A stretch of DNA of 64,000 nucleotides from Bacteroidota bacterium (GCA_016718825.1 JADKCL010000004.1:91277-155276), one strand, 5' to 3'; shown: positions 39,484 through 49,429, numbered from the stretch's first letter. Translations and numbers: made by a program. Notes: generated by a model from the sequence alone, not told the origin.

Positions 39484-40077
39484 ATGAATCATCACAACAA
39501 CGCAAAGTTCCTCGGAAGCGCTGCCCTCCTCGCCACCCTCCTCTTATTCTCAGCCTGCAACAATTGCCCTGACTACCCGATCGAGCCCGATGTGTTGCGG
39601 TTCCTGCCTTACCAAGCGAATCAGACCGTTGTATTTGAAGATGCAACACAAAATCTGGATACACTTACCGTATCTTCATTCAGCCGCGGATTTGATACGG
39701 AAACTTGCGCAGACCACCCCAGCCAAGACTTTGAATATGAGCGCATACATATCACACTGGGGACAATTGCCGGCGATTCGACCTTCGTGCTGCTTGACAA
39801 TACAACTTGGGAAAAATTGTCGATTCGGTTTCAGGACAGCGATTTGGGGCCTGCCTTTGAACCACTTTCCGGCACGCTCGACCATCCCATCGGTACCAAC
39901 TATGAGACGTTTACCTTTCAGGCAAGCGAGGTCATAAATGGCACAACGTATCAAAATGTTTCGACCTACACCAAGACGTATTACAACCCTTCCCATATAG
40001 AAACGGTAAAGCTTGCCATTGACCATGGAATTGTTGCCTTTCAAACTGATTTGGGTGTTTGGTGGTATCTTCATTGA
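39484..40077 (+). CDS. hypothetical lipoprotein
   Basis: Lipobox FSAC; LPYQANQTVVF; GIVAF C-terminus. Confidence 0.7.
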   Translation: MNHHNNAKFLGSAALLATLLLFSACNNCPDYPIEPDVLRFLPYQANQTVVFEDATQNLDTLTVSSFSRGFDTETCADHPSQDFEYERIHITLGTIAGDSTFVLLDNTTWEKLSIRFQDSDLGPAFEPLSGTLDHPIGTNYETFTFQASEVINGTTYQNVSTYTKTYYNPSHIETVKLAIDHGIVAFQTDLGVWWYLH

Positions 40078-40096
40078 TTGAATAGCACAACATTTT

Positions 40097-40161
40097 TGCA
40101 AAAACGGCGATTCCAGCGTTTCTGATCATATTGCCGACGTCGGCAAAATGATCAGAAACGC
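40097..40161. repeat. non-coding copy of an internal dinD segment containing a 46-bp near-perfect palindrome
   Basis: 40097-129 matches 40449-481 at 31/33 nt; 40116-161 has 23-bp arms with one mismatch. Confidence 0.9.
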
Positions 40162-40289
40162 ATTTTGAGGCAATCAAGGGCATGCAAAATCGCGAGCACC
40201 ATCACCAACACACTTAGCCGCACGGAAATTTTATTGGGATTTTGCGAATTATTATTGCAACAAATTAGCAATTCACTATTTTTGCAACC

Positions 40290-41144
40290 ATGAAACAAGA
40301 ACTTATCACCGAACTCTTCGAAAAATTCGAAAAAGCCTGCTATTCCTACAATGGACTAGAGTGCTGGAGCGCCCGTGAGCTCATGGAAATTTTTGAATAC
40401 ACCAAGTGGGAAAACTTCGCCAAGGTGGTTGAAAAAGCGAAACTCTCCTGCGAAAACGCCGATTCCAGCGTTTCTGATCATTTTCTTGATGTCAGGAAGA
40501 TGATCCAGACTGGCAAAGGGGCGGAAAGGGAGATTCAAGACATCGCACTCACACGCTATGCCTGCTACCTGATCGCTCAAAATGGTGACCCTGCAAAAAA
40601 TCCGGTTGCCTTTGCCCAGACTTACTTTGCTGTCCAGACCCGGAAGCAAGAAATGGTGGAACAGCGGCTTCTGAACGTCGCGCGGGTGACGGCGAGAGAA
40701 AAGCTTTCCAAAACGGAAACCAAACTTTCGAAAATTCTCTATGACCGCGGCGTCGACCACCATGGGTTTGCAAGAATCCGCTCCCAAGGCGACCAAGCAC
40801 TGTTTGGCGGAAACTCCACCGGAGAAATGAAAAAGCAGTTAAAAATCCCGGAAAACAGACCCTTGGCTGATTTCCTACCAACATTGATCATCAAAGCCAA
40901 GGACTTTGCAACTGAGCTCACGAGCCACAATGTTGTCGACAAGAACTTGCATGGTGAAGCGCCCATCACCCATGAGCATGTCGACAACAACCGCGCAGTG
41001 CGCAAAATGCTGAAAGAACGTGGCGTGAAACCAGAGGAGTTGCCGCCTTCGGAAGATGTCAAAAAGGTGCAGCGACAACTTGCCAATGAGGAAAAGGCCA
41101 TTGCTGCTGGAGCGAAAAAGCCAACCGGAAATCCGCAACAATAG
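40290..41144 (+). CDS. dinD: DNA damage-inducible protein D (Bro-N-like N-terminus)
   Basis: ECWSARELM, LTRYACYLIAQNGDP.K..VAFAQTYFAVQTRKQE, RPLADFLPT..IKAKDFATE, EHVDNN. Confidence 0.93.
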   Translation: MKQELITELFEKFEKACYSYNGLECWSARELMEIFEYTKWENFAKVVEKAKLSCENADSSVSDHFLDVRKMIQTGKGAEREIQDIALTRYACYLIAQNGDPAKNPVAFAQTYFAVQTRKQEMVEQRLLNVARVTAREKLSKTETKLSKILYDRGVDHHGFARIRSQGDQALFGGNSTGEMKKQLKIPENRPLADFLPTLIIKAKDFATELTSHNVVDKNLHGEAPITHEHVDNNRAVRKMLKERGVKPEELPPSEDVKKVQRQLANEEKAIAAGAKKPTGNPQQ

Positions 41145-41169
41145 GAGTCGAATGCCTAGATTAGATGCT

Positions 41170-41943
41170 ATGAAATTGCATTTTCACACGATCTGTTTGA
41201 TTCTAATTGTTCTGAGCAGTTGTTCAGCGCCTAAACCCGTCAAAGGCATCGAGGAGCGCCGCCAACAACATTTGGACGTGTTTCTGGACCTCTTGCGCAA
41301 CAACGATGCTGCCGGGCTTGCAAAACTTGTCCATTATCCGCTCAGCCGGGGCAATCCGATCCCAAATGTTGAGAATGAGGCGGATTTCATCCGGCGGTAT
41401 GATACTTTGTTGGATTCAGAATTTAGGAAAACCCTGGTCCAAACCACTTGGGACTCCACCAATACCATGGAAAGCAATGATCGGTTCATGTTGGGCAGTG
41501 GTGAAATCTGGCTGGACTACGAAGGTAAAATCATCGCGATCAACCATCAGTCTCCTGCGGAATCCCAACTGCAAAAGGCAATCCAAACAAAGATGTTGAT
41601 TGCCATTCACCCTGATGTGGAGCCGTGGCAACACAATCTCAAGGTTTGCGAAACGGACAAGTTCCTCATTCGGCTCGACGAAATGGCTGGCGGCGACTTG
41701 CGTTATGTCTCTTGGTCAAAACCCAAAACCTTCAAAGACAAGCCCGATCTCATTCTGGTTGGCGGGGAAAGCCAACAACAAGGAACGATGGGTGGCTTCA
41801 CCTACACCTTCAAAAATGAGGACTGGACCTACGTGATCGACGAAGTGCAAATGGCCGAATCGGATGAAGACATTGGCCTGTTTTTACGTTTGCGGCAAGG
41901 CGAAGGGGATGAGATAAGCGCTCGTTGCACGGAAATCAAATAG
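41170..41943 (+). CDS. hypothetical lipoprotein
   Basis: Lipobox LSSC; YPLSR.NPIP.V; RYVSWSK, GGFTYTFKN. Confidence 0.75.
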   Translation: MKLHFHTICLILIVLSSCSAPKPVKGIEERRQQHLDVFLDLLRNNDAAGLAKLVHYPLSRGNPIPNVENEADFIRRYDTLLDSEFRKTLVQTTWDSTNTMESNDRFMLGSGEIWLDYEGKIIAINHQSPAESQLQKAIQTKMLIAIHPDVEPWQHNLKVCETDKFLIRLDEMAGGDLRYVSWSKPKTFKDKPDLILVGGESQQQGTMGGFTYTFKNEDWTYVIDEVQMAESDEDIGLFLRLRQGEGDEISARCTEIK

Positions 41944-41950
41944 CTGGAGT

Positions 41951-42469
41951 ATGGGCTTTGGATTCAGTTTGATTGGAATTCCGTTGTTGCTTTTACTCAG
42001 CGTGGCGTTGTTGCTTTACTTCCTCTTTGTAAAAGAAAAGAAAGCCCTTTACGCACTTGGAATCCTGTGGGGAATGGTCTTTTTACTTATCCCGTTTTCA
42101 TTGCTCATGGACAATTATCGTCAGCCGATAAGTCTGACCAAGGCAGATTTTGTCGGCGATTACCGGATCGACACCACCTTCTATCCCGGCAGAAACGCGC
42201 GGTGGCAATACGATCGCTTTGGATTTCGCATTTTGGAAAGCGACAGCATCATTTTTGTCGAAATCAATGACAAAGGGACACGGACGAAATTACATCGACA
42301 TCGGATCAAAATAAACGATGTCCATCCCTCTCTCTGGAGCGTGATCGCTGAGACAACCTCCCATGTAATCCAAAAGCCACCCACGCTTTATCGAGGCCAT
42401 ACAAGATTCTACTATGTCTTTAGATCGGATCGGTATGGGAATATGTTTTTCCGAAAGGTTGATTCATGA
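41951..42469 (+). CDS. hypothetical membrane protein
   Basis: Two N-terminal TM helices, DFVGDYRID soluble domain. Confidence 0.7.
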   Translation: MGFGFSLIGIPLLLLLSVALLLYFLFVKEKKALYALGILWGMVFLLIPFSLLMDNYRQPISLTKADFVGDYRIDTTFYPGRNARWQYDRFGFRILESDSIIFVEINDKGTRTKLHRHRIKINDVHPSLWSVIAETTSHVIQKPPTLYRGHTRFYYVFRSDRYGNMFFRKVDS

Positions 42470-42581
42470 ATGTTCCTGATTGAATTTGGCTTAATTTGAT
42501 TCCATGTTTGTCTCATGAATGCGAATTGGCTTTCAATTTCAATTCAGCTCTTTAGGTGGCATCCGAAAAGCAAAAACTAAA

Positions 42582-43202
42582 ATGACCGATCAAGATCACC
42601 TCCGCTCCCTCCGCGTTCCGACGAAGGAAAATCCTTTGCGCATCCTCATGAGCGCCTGCCTTGCGGGCGTGACATGCGGGTACGACGGCACAGCAAATGG
42701 CACCTATCCAAGTGCACTGAAGCTCCTGCAATATGACACTGCGCGTTTGGTGCGCTTTTGCCCGGAGGAGTTTTCCTTCGGTTCGCCGAGGGCCATGTGC
42801 GACATCCACGGCGGGACCGGCTTGGACGTGTTGGAAGGTAGAGCCAAAATGCTGTCGGAGTTTGGCGAAGATTGGAGCGAAGGCATCATCCGAGCCTCGG
42901 AAAAGATGCTGGAACTCGCCCAAGCAGAAGACGTCGAACTTGCCGTACTGATGGACGTGAGCGGTGCCTGCGGCAGTCAAGTCATTTATGACGGCAACCG
43001 GTTTGGTGCCGAAAAGGTCTATCAAATCGGGGCAGGAGTCTGCGCTGCCCAACTGATGCGCAACGGCTTCAAAGTCATCAGTCAGCGGGATTTTGCCTCG
43101 CTGGAACTGCTTTATGCAAAATTGGATCCTGCGCATATCATCAATCCGGAGGCCATCGATCACCACGAAACCGCTTGGTACCGATTATATTTTGGGAAAT
43201 GA
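42582..43202 (+). CDS. DUF523 / 2-thiouracil desulfurase (TudS) family protein
   Basis: SACLAGVTCGYDG, FCPEE, SGACGS, GAGVCAAQL. Confidence 0.82.
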   Translation: MTDQDHLRSLRVPTKENPLRILMSACLAGVTCGYDGTANGTYPSALKLLQYDTARLVRFCPEEFSFGSPRAMCDIHGGTGLDVLEGRAKMLSEFGEDWSEGIIRASEKMLELAQAEDVELAVLMDVSGACGSQVIYDGNRFGAEKVYQIGAGVCAAQLMRNGFKVISQRDFASLELLYAKLDPAHIINPEAIDHHETAWYRLYFGK

Positions 43203-43308
43203 AGGCGATATCCCAAGGATTCAATGACAAATTGCGATCAACCCGGAGTAGCTAGGCCGCAAAAGTTGAGTGAACCAAACTATCTTTGATGAATATACCG
43301 GATCCACG

Positions 43309-44217
43309 ATGAGACGATTTCAGACTTTCATATTTGTAATTGCCCTTGCATTGATTTCGGGATGCGGAGGTACTCCGGCGAACGTTCCTAGCGACGAGAA
43401 AATTGAACTCGTTGACGGCCAAGAAAACAACGCCGACACAGCAGCTCTAGCTGATGTAGACGCAACTTCTGCCGACACCGATACTTTCAATTTGGAGGAA
43501 ATGGAGTTTGGATTTGCAAATTCCGAAGGGAATAACATCCTGACAACCAAAACCGAAGGACTGAAAGATCCCGCAAAATTTTCCATGGCGATTGCAGAAA
43601 ATGGTAGTCAATTTGCCATTCAATTCGTAGCGCAAAAAGAAGCGACAGAAAACGACAACGGCCGCCAAAACGAATACAACTTCAAGGACATTGGAGGATT
43701 TCTTTACAAGGTCAAGGGCGGAACGGTTAGCGCGGAACAATCGCTCATGCTGGTAACAGCTGACTTTTTGACAAAACATAAACCGCTCAAATTCAATCCC
43801 TCGGCTTCAAATTCGCTTTCGAAGGCAACACGTACCAAAATCGAAGGTGAAAAGGGACGCAAAATCAAGAAATCCAACTTGTTACGGAAGCTGGAGGGTG
43901 GGCAGGAAATTTGGATCTTTGTGTTCCAGCAAAAAGCGGATTCAGCCTTGGCTTCACTTGCCGTCGTGTCGGAAAACAAGGTCATTTACCAAGATTATCC
44001 AGCCTTGCACAACGAAATCAGCACATGGCGGGTCGACGACGGTGGTGAATTCGGATTGGACGACATTCACATTCTCGCTGCATTTGACTACGCAGGCAAA
44101 ATTGAAATCGTCACGGATTGGGCCGGAGCAGAGGGGTTTTCGATCGATTTTCTGCAAGAAGACGGAAAGGCGTTCAGGTCTCTCAAAAATGACGGGCGCT
44201 ATTGTGCGCCGTTTTGA
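43309..44217 (+). CDS. hypothetical lipoprotein
   Basis: Lipobox ISGC; QNEYNF, WRVDDGGEF, DWAGAEG; TATCTTTG promoter at 43281. Confidence 0.75.
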   Translation: MRRFQTFIFVIALALISGCGGTPANVPSDEKIELVDGQENNADTAALADVDATSADTDTFNLEEMEFGFANSEGNNILTTKTEGLKDPAKFSMAIAENGSQFAIQFVAQKEATENDNGRQNEYNFKDIGGFLYKVKGGTVSAEQSLMLVTADFLTKHKPLKFNPSASNSLSKATRTKIEGEKGRKIKKSNLLRKLEGGQEIWIFVFQQKADSALASLAVVSENKVIYQDYPALHNEISTWRVDDGGEFGLDDIHILAAFDYAGKIEIVTDWAGAEGFSIDFLQEDGKAFRSLKNDGRYCAPF

Positions 44218-44265
44218 TTTCAAACGCAGGCTGCTCGACTCAAAACGGAAAACCCATTCCCCATT

Positions 44266-44925
44266 TTGGAAAATCTTCCCATCGAAATCCTGCCTATCTT
44301 ACCTTTCCTGGAGGGTGATCCTACCAAGCTGATCATCGGGACATTTCCGCCACACAGGAGCAGATGGAACTTCCCATTTTTCTTCCCCAATCTGCAAAAC
44401 CGGCTTTGGAACACACTCGGAAGGGTTGCTTACGGAGCGGAAAACTTCAGCACCCGAAGCAATGGCTTTGACGAAGCAGCTGTTGAGGAACGGCAAGCCA
44501 TCCTCCGCAAACTGAATGCTGCAATGGTCAATATCATCCATTCATGCAGCAGAAAGGGGCAAAGCGCATTGGACAACGACCTGAATGTGGCGACCTTGCA
44601 TCCGATCGTGACTGAAATCCTTGAACCGCATCCGACAATCTTGGAGATTTTCCTGACGAGTGGCAGCGGAGCCAACAGCTGTTTGTCCCTGCTGAAACGG
44701 CATCTCAAGGAAAACCGAATTCCTTTCGAAGAAACGAAGGCTCCCCAAAAATCTCGTGATGCCCGAATTGCGGATCCCAAAATCGGCTTTTTCACACTGA
44801 ACGGTCGCAGGATAGCAGTGTATTCGCTGTTTTCGCCGTCTCCCACGGCACAGCGATCGGGCATCACGGAGGCAGTGTTGCTGCAGCAATACCAAGTGTT
44901 GGCAGCGCAGAATAGCAAGGCATGA
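44266..44925 (+). CDS. uracil-DNA glycosylase superfamily protein (MUG/HDG-like)
   Basis: LIIGTFPP, FFFPNLQNRLW, ALDNDL, LFSPSP; start codon uncertain. Confidence 0.75.
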   Translation: MENLPIEILPILPFLEGDPTKLIIGTFPPHRSRWNFPFFFPNLQNRLWNTLGRVAYGAENFSTRSNGFDEAAVEERQAILRKLNAAMVNIIHSCSRKGQSALDNDLNVATLHPIVTEILEPHPTILEIFLTSGSGANSCLSLLKRHLKENRIPFEETKAPQKSRDARIADPKIGFFTLNGRRIAVYSLFSPSPTAQRSGITEAVLLQQYQVLAAQNSKA

Positions 44926-44973
44926 CATTGCTCTTATTCCCCTGCACCACACCTATCTTCCGTAACTTTGCGC

Positions 44974-45534
44974 ATGAACATTGATTTTCAAAACCCTTGG
45001 CACAAAGTGTCTATCGGAGCCAACGCCCCCGACAGGGTCAACGGCATCATCGAAATCCCCAAAAATACCCGCGCCAAGTATGAATTGGACAAGGAATCGG
45101 GCTTGTTGAAGATGGATCGTGTGATCTTTTCCTCGATGTATTATCCTGCCAATTATGGCTTCATTCCGCAAACCTATTGTGATGACAAGGATCCGCTCGA
45201 CATCTTGGTCCTTTCACAAATCGAAATCGTGCCCATGTGCATCGTCGAAGCCAAGGTCATCGGCGTCATGCGCATGATGGATGGTGGGGAAATGGACGAC
45301 AAAATCATTGCCGTTGCCGCCAACGACATGAGCGTCAACCATATTCAAGACATTTCCGAACTGCCGGAGCATTTCTTGCGCGAACTCCGCAGCTTCTTTG
45401 AGGACTATAAAAAACTGGAAAACAAAACCGTCGTGGTCGAAGATTTCCAAAATGCCGCGATTGCCAAAGACATCATCCGCCAAAGCATCTCCGACTATCA
45501 GGCACTCATCCATCAAACGCCCATCAACCCTTGA
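44974..45534 (+). CDS. ppa: inorganic pyrophosphatase (family I)
   Basis: [41 protein letters not shown]. Confidence 0.96.
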   Translation: MNIDFQNPWHKVSIGANAPDRVNGIIEIPKNTRAKYELDKESGLLKMDRVIFSSMYYPANYGFIPQTYCDDKDPLDILVLSQIEIVPMCIVEAKVIGVMRMMDGGEMDDKIIAVAANDMSVNHIQDISELPEHFLRELRSFFEDYKKLENKTVVVEDFQNAAIAKDIIRQSISDYQALIHQTPINP

Positions 45535-45542
45535 ATCCACCG

Positions 45543-46058
45543 ATGAAATCTTTCCTCTTTATCACCACGCTTTTATTGGCTTCCACCATGTCATTGTCCG
45601 CTCAAAAATTAGAAACCGTCCCATTGGTTGACTTGCAGAAGTATGCCGGCAAATGGTATGAAATCGCCTCGTATCCCCTGAGTTTCCAACGTGGATGCCA
45701 CTGTACCACAGCCGAATACACCGTCACCGACAAGGGTTACGTGATCGTCGAAAATCGCTGCAACCGCGACTCAGTGAACGGCAAAGCCTCCTATATCAAA
45801 GGCAAAGCCTTCGTCACAAAAAATTCCGGCAACGCCAAGTTGAAAGTGCAATTCTTCTGGCCATTCACGGGCAAATACTGGATCATCGAACTCCCGGAAG
45901 ACTACAGTTATGCCGTTGTGAGCCATCCCAACCGCAAATACCTCTGGATTTTGTCACGCACCTCCAAAATGGATCCTGTGATTTATGACGGAATTTTAGC
46001 GCGCCTCAAGCAAAAGCAATTTGACTTGACGCGCCTGCAAAAAACGGTTCAAATTTGA
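45543..46058 (+). CDS. blc: lipocalin family protein (Blc-like)
   Basis: VDLQKYAGKWYEIA, KVQFFWPF.GKYWII, YLWILSR. Confidence 0.92.
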   Translation: MKSFLFITTLLLASTMSLSAQKLETVPLVDLQKYAGKWYEIASYPLSFQRGCHCTTAEYTVTDKGYVIVENRCNRDSVNGKASYIKGKAFVTKNSGNAKLKVQFFWPFTGKYWIIELPEDYSYAVVSHPNRKYLWILSRTSKMDPVIYDGILARLKQKQFDLTRLQKTVQI

Positions 46059-46158
46059 CGGAATGAATCGGTTTGAGGCAAGGGGATTCCAAGGCGTCCA
46101 CTTGTTTGCTTGTGCCAATCCCGCTAATTTCATCCCTCGAATTTCACCTCTTCAAAAG

Positions 46159-46869
46159 ATGACAGTAGCAGAAATCATGGCGCAACTCAAAGAAATGGGC
46201 AGTGCGCAAACGGTCAAAACATTCGCCAATCACGGCGCACCGATCGACAAAATGTATGGGGTCAAGGTCGGCGACTTGAAGACCATCGTCAAAAAAGTCA
46301 AAAAAAACCATGAACTGAGCCTCGAATTGTACCGCACGGGAAACAGTGATGCGATGTACCTCGCGGGGCTGATCGCGGACGAAAAGAAAATTACCAAAGA
46401 AGACCTCCAAGAATGGGTGCGCGGGGCATATTGGTACATGCTCAGCGAATACACGGTGGCCTGGATCGCTGCAGAAAGCCGATTTGGCTGGGAATTGGGC
46501 CTCGAATGGATTGAATCAGATGTTGAAACCATCGCGGATGCAGGCTGGGCAACACTCTCCAATGTCGTGAGTCTCAAGCCCGACGCGGAATTGGATTTTG
46601 GCAAACTCGAGGAGCTCATCCTGCGGGTCGAGAATACCATTCACCAAGCGCCCAACCGCGTCAGGTATGCCATGAACAGCTTTTTGCTAAGCGTCGGAGG
46701 CTATTGTCCGCTGCTGACAGAAAGGGTCAAACAAGCTGCAAACAAGATCGGGAAAGTAGAAGTGAACATGGGAACAACCCACTGCAACGTTCCTTATGTC
46801 CCAGACTACCTCAAAAATATGGAGGCGCGTGGGGTGATTGGGAAGAAGAAGAAAATGGCGCGGTGCTAG
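46159..46869 (+). CDS. DNA alkylation repair (AlkD-like HEAT) protein
   Basis: YGVKVGDLK, HELSLELYRTGNSDAMYLAGLIAD, NRVRYAMN. Confidence 0.85.
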   Translation: MTVAEIMAQLKEMGSAQTVKTFANHGAPIDKMYGVKVGDLKTIVKKVKKNHELSLELYRTGNSDAMYLAGLIADEKKITKEDLQEWVRGAYWYMLSEYTVAWIAAESRFGWELGLEWIESDVETIADAGWATLSNVVSLKPDAELDFGKLEELILRVENTIHQAPNRVRYAMNSFLLSVGGYCPLLTERVKQAANKIGKVEVNMGTTHCNVPYVPDYLKNMEARGVIGKKKKMARC

Positions 46870-46899
46870 GACCGTCGGAATGCAGGTTTTCCTACGAAG

Positions 46900-47806
46900 T
46901 TATTCTTGTGCGCCAAGCTTCTGGATCGCATCGGCCAAAACCTCGGCGGCCTCGGGAAATCTCCTGAACCACAATTCGGGCTCGAATGCTTCCAATTCGG
47001 AGACGGAAATACGCCCTTGATTGTCCCAAATCGCGTCTACGCGGGCGTACAGGGGCATATCGGGGCAGGCGCGCAAGACATTTTCGGCAAATGCAATTTC
47101 TTCGGCGGAAGGCAAATAGTCCTCGACCGTGCCCCCAAAATCATCCTGCACCCGAAAATCACCTGATTTTGGCCGCTTGCGGACGGCATGGGTGAATTGA
47201 CCGGCCATCATCATCAGGGTGATTTCTCCTTGGAGGGGCACGTTGTGCTGAAATTCCTGGAGAAGCATCGATTCGGCGGCGATCAATTGCTGGAAAATGG
47301 CTTCGAATTCGGGCAAATGGGCTTGGTCAAACCGATACGTATGCCTAGCCGTGCTGGAAATGGCGGGTTTGAGTACGAATTCGGTCCAACCTGAGGCTGC
47401 CGCGATCTGCTGTAGGCTACGCGTATCGCCGGTTTCGATAAAAATCGTCGGGGGAATGTTGATTCCCTTTCACGGCAAGATCCGCGAGATAGTGTTTGTC
47501 CCAATTCCAGCGGATGAAGTGGCTCGGGTTGATGAAAGCAGTTTTGGAATCGGTGGTCTTTAACCATTCGGAGAATTCCTCAAAGCGTTCAAAACAGTCC
47601 CAAGTCGTGCGAAACAGGGCAAAACGGGTCTGCGTCCAGTCAAAATTTGGATCGTCCCAATGGGTGCGGTGCACTTTCAGCCCGCGACGCTCCAAGGCCG
47701 CGCGCAAAATCGCATCGTCGCGGTGAATGTTCTCCACGTACCAATTGCCCGGTTGCGGCAAAACATAGCGGGCATCTGTGAGCAGGGTAATGTCGTAGGT
47801 TTTCAT
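46900..47806 (-). CDS. RimK/glutathione-synthetase-like ATP-grasp protein, split by a probable 1-nt insertion
   Basis: RTTWD, WNWDKHYL in one frame; INIPPT, VLKPAISS, LYARVD, ELEAFEPELW in the next; break at CCC 47465-67. Confidence 0.8.
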
Positions 47807-47827
47807 CAAAGGAATAGGGTTCAATCT

Positions 47828-48169
47828 TCAAGCAAATTTTATGATTTTACCATTTTCCAGCAGAAGCCGTTTTGCCTCTTTCCAATCTGGAAACGATTCA
47901 CTCTCATAGGTATAGGTTCGGATTTCATGCGAAAGCGCGGCGCTTTGCTTCATCGCCTCCATGTGCGCGCCGGTCCGCACGAAGGCTTTCATTTCGGCCT
48001 CAGAATCCCATACGCTCAGGGTATAATGCAGTTTTCCCCAGCCGGTATTCTTCATCTTCACGAATCCCGCACTCTTTTTGGCTTGCGCCTGAATCTTGCG
48101 GCCATGGTTGCTGAGCTTAAAAAACTGCCAAGGACTACGGAGTTGAATCGAGGTGACGGTGATGCGCAT
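47828..48169 (-). CDS. DUF3291 / ABM-like dimeric alpha-beta barrel protein
   Basis: YTLSVWDSEAEMKAFVRTGAHMEAM. Confidence 0.75.
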   Translation of the reverse strand: MRITVTSIQLRSPWQFFKLSNHGRKIQAQAKKSAGFVKMKNTGWGKLHYTLSVWDSEAEMKAFVRTGAHMEAMKQSAALSHEIRTYTYESESFPDWKEAKRLLLENGKIIKFA

Positions 48170-48318
48170 GAAGATCATTTTGCCAGATTGGACCAGCGAT
48201 CGAAATTAGGAAAATCAGCCCGAATGTAGGACAAACTAGCCCGCGAACGTTGAATGAGAGAGCAGTCATTCACAAAATTCGTTTGCCTTTTTGCTACCTA
48301 TTTTACAATTTGAGTCTC

Positions 48319-48931
48319 ATGAACACCTCTATCAAACGCTTAGGATTATTCTTGATTATCGTTGTAGGCCTTGGCCATACCATGGTTGTGGCGCAAAAGT
48401 CTGCGCGGAATGATTCGTTACGGCTTAGGCATGTGGTGACTTTGGGGTATATGAACTTTATGTATGGCTCAACTCCGATTCTAGGTTATGAGTCGCAACT
48501 GAATCGTAGGTGGAGTGTGAACATTTCGGGGGGCATTGGATCGATGCATTACTCTAGTTTCAACCTTCCAAACGCGGGGGCAGCGGTAGTGAATCTTGAT
48601 TTTCGTTGGTATCCTGCGCTCTTCAAAGAGCGTGCGCTTTCAGGCCCTTTCTTAGCGATTCATAGTGGATGGCGGACAAATTGGTACAAGGCTATCGCCA
48701 ATGGGCAAGTTACAATACAGGGATTACAATCGCTTTGCGGACTTTGGAAGCAATTTGGGATTTCAGTGGGTAATCCATCAAAGCATGACCTTCAACGGAC
48801 AATTTGGAATTGGCTATGGGTTTGGCCAAAAATTTCATGGATACGCCTACAACAATGGTCCTCGCCCCGTGCCCGTTGCTGAGCGTGGATTCACCGCTCA
48901 AATTTCCCTTGGCGCAGGAATCGCCTTCTAA
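48319..48931 (+). CDS. DUF3575-like outer membrane beta-barrel protein, split by a probable 1-nt insertion
   Basis: Signal peptide, GYESQLNRRWSV, LDFRWY; second frame GSNLGFQW...GIGYG...ISLGAGIAF; break near GGG 48703-05. Confidence 0.65.
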
Positions 48932-48940
48932 GCCCCCGAC

Positions 48941-49279
48941 CTAGCGCAAGTTAAACCCACGCTCGGTGAGCAGGGCCCTGCTTTCCTTGGTATTGAGCTT
49001 CTGCAAGCCGACAATCGCCCAGTCACGGTAGGACAAATTCCCAACGGAAAGTTGCTCCTTGAACAATTCGAAGGCTTTTTCCGAACGTGCATGGCCGAGC
49101 AATTCGAGGAGCCAACATTTGAGACCATAATCGGTCTCCGCACGGAATTCGGTCATCAGTTCCTCGACAAAATGGGCCGCATGGGCTTGCAAGAGGTGAA
49201 AGCCTTCCTCCTGATGGTTGGAATTGTCGCGGCGCATGAGCGTCATGCAATGCTGGAAATTGGGAATTTTAGCGGCCAT
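48941..49279 (-). CDS. small HEAT-like hypothetical protein
   Basis: LKCWLLELLGHARSEKAF, RDWAIVGLQKL; start uncertain. Confidence 0.55.
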   Translation of the reverse strand: MAAKIPNFQHCMTLMRRDNSNHQEEGFHLLQAHAAHFVEELMTEFRAETDYGLKCWLLELLGHARSEKAFELFKEQLSVGNLSYRDWAIVGLQKLNTKESRALLTERGFNLR

Positions 49280-49429
49280 CGGGAAATCAGCGTATCAACC
49301 TCGTCGTGTTGTAATTGGGTGCAAAGGTATTGTTTCATTTTGCCAACTGTCAAGGAAATCTTGGGATTCCCGAAGTCTGAGCTTCCAAAAACAATCCCGA
49401 CCCAAAATCGGTTATCTTGCCTGCACGAC

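Noticed and set aside
40097-40510. Diversity-generating retroelement TR/VR pair (upstream copy versus dinD)
   Set aside because: Differences are not adenine-specific on either strand (G/C, C/T, G/A, C/G) and no reverse transcriptase is in the window.
49052-49429. 126-aa N-terminal extension of the AAA ATPase
   Set aside because: It overlaps the opposite-strand HEAT-like gene; family similarity begins near ATG 49430.
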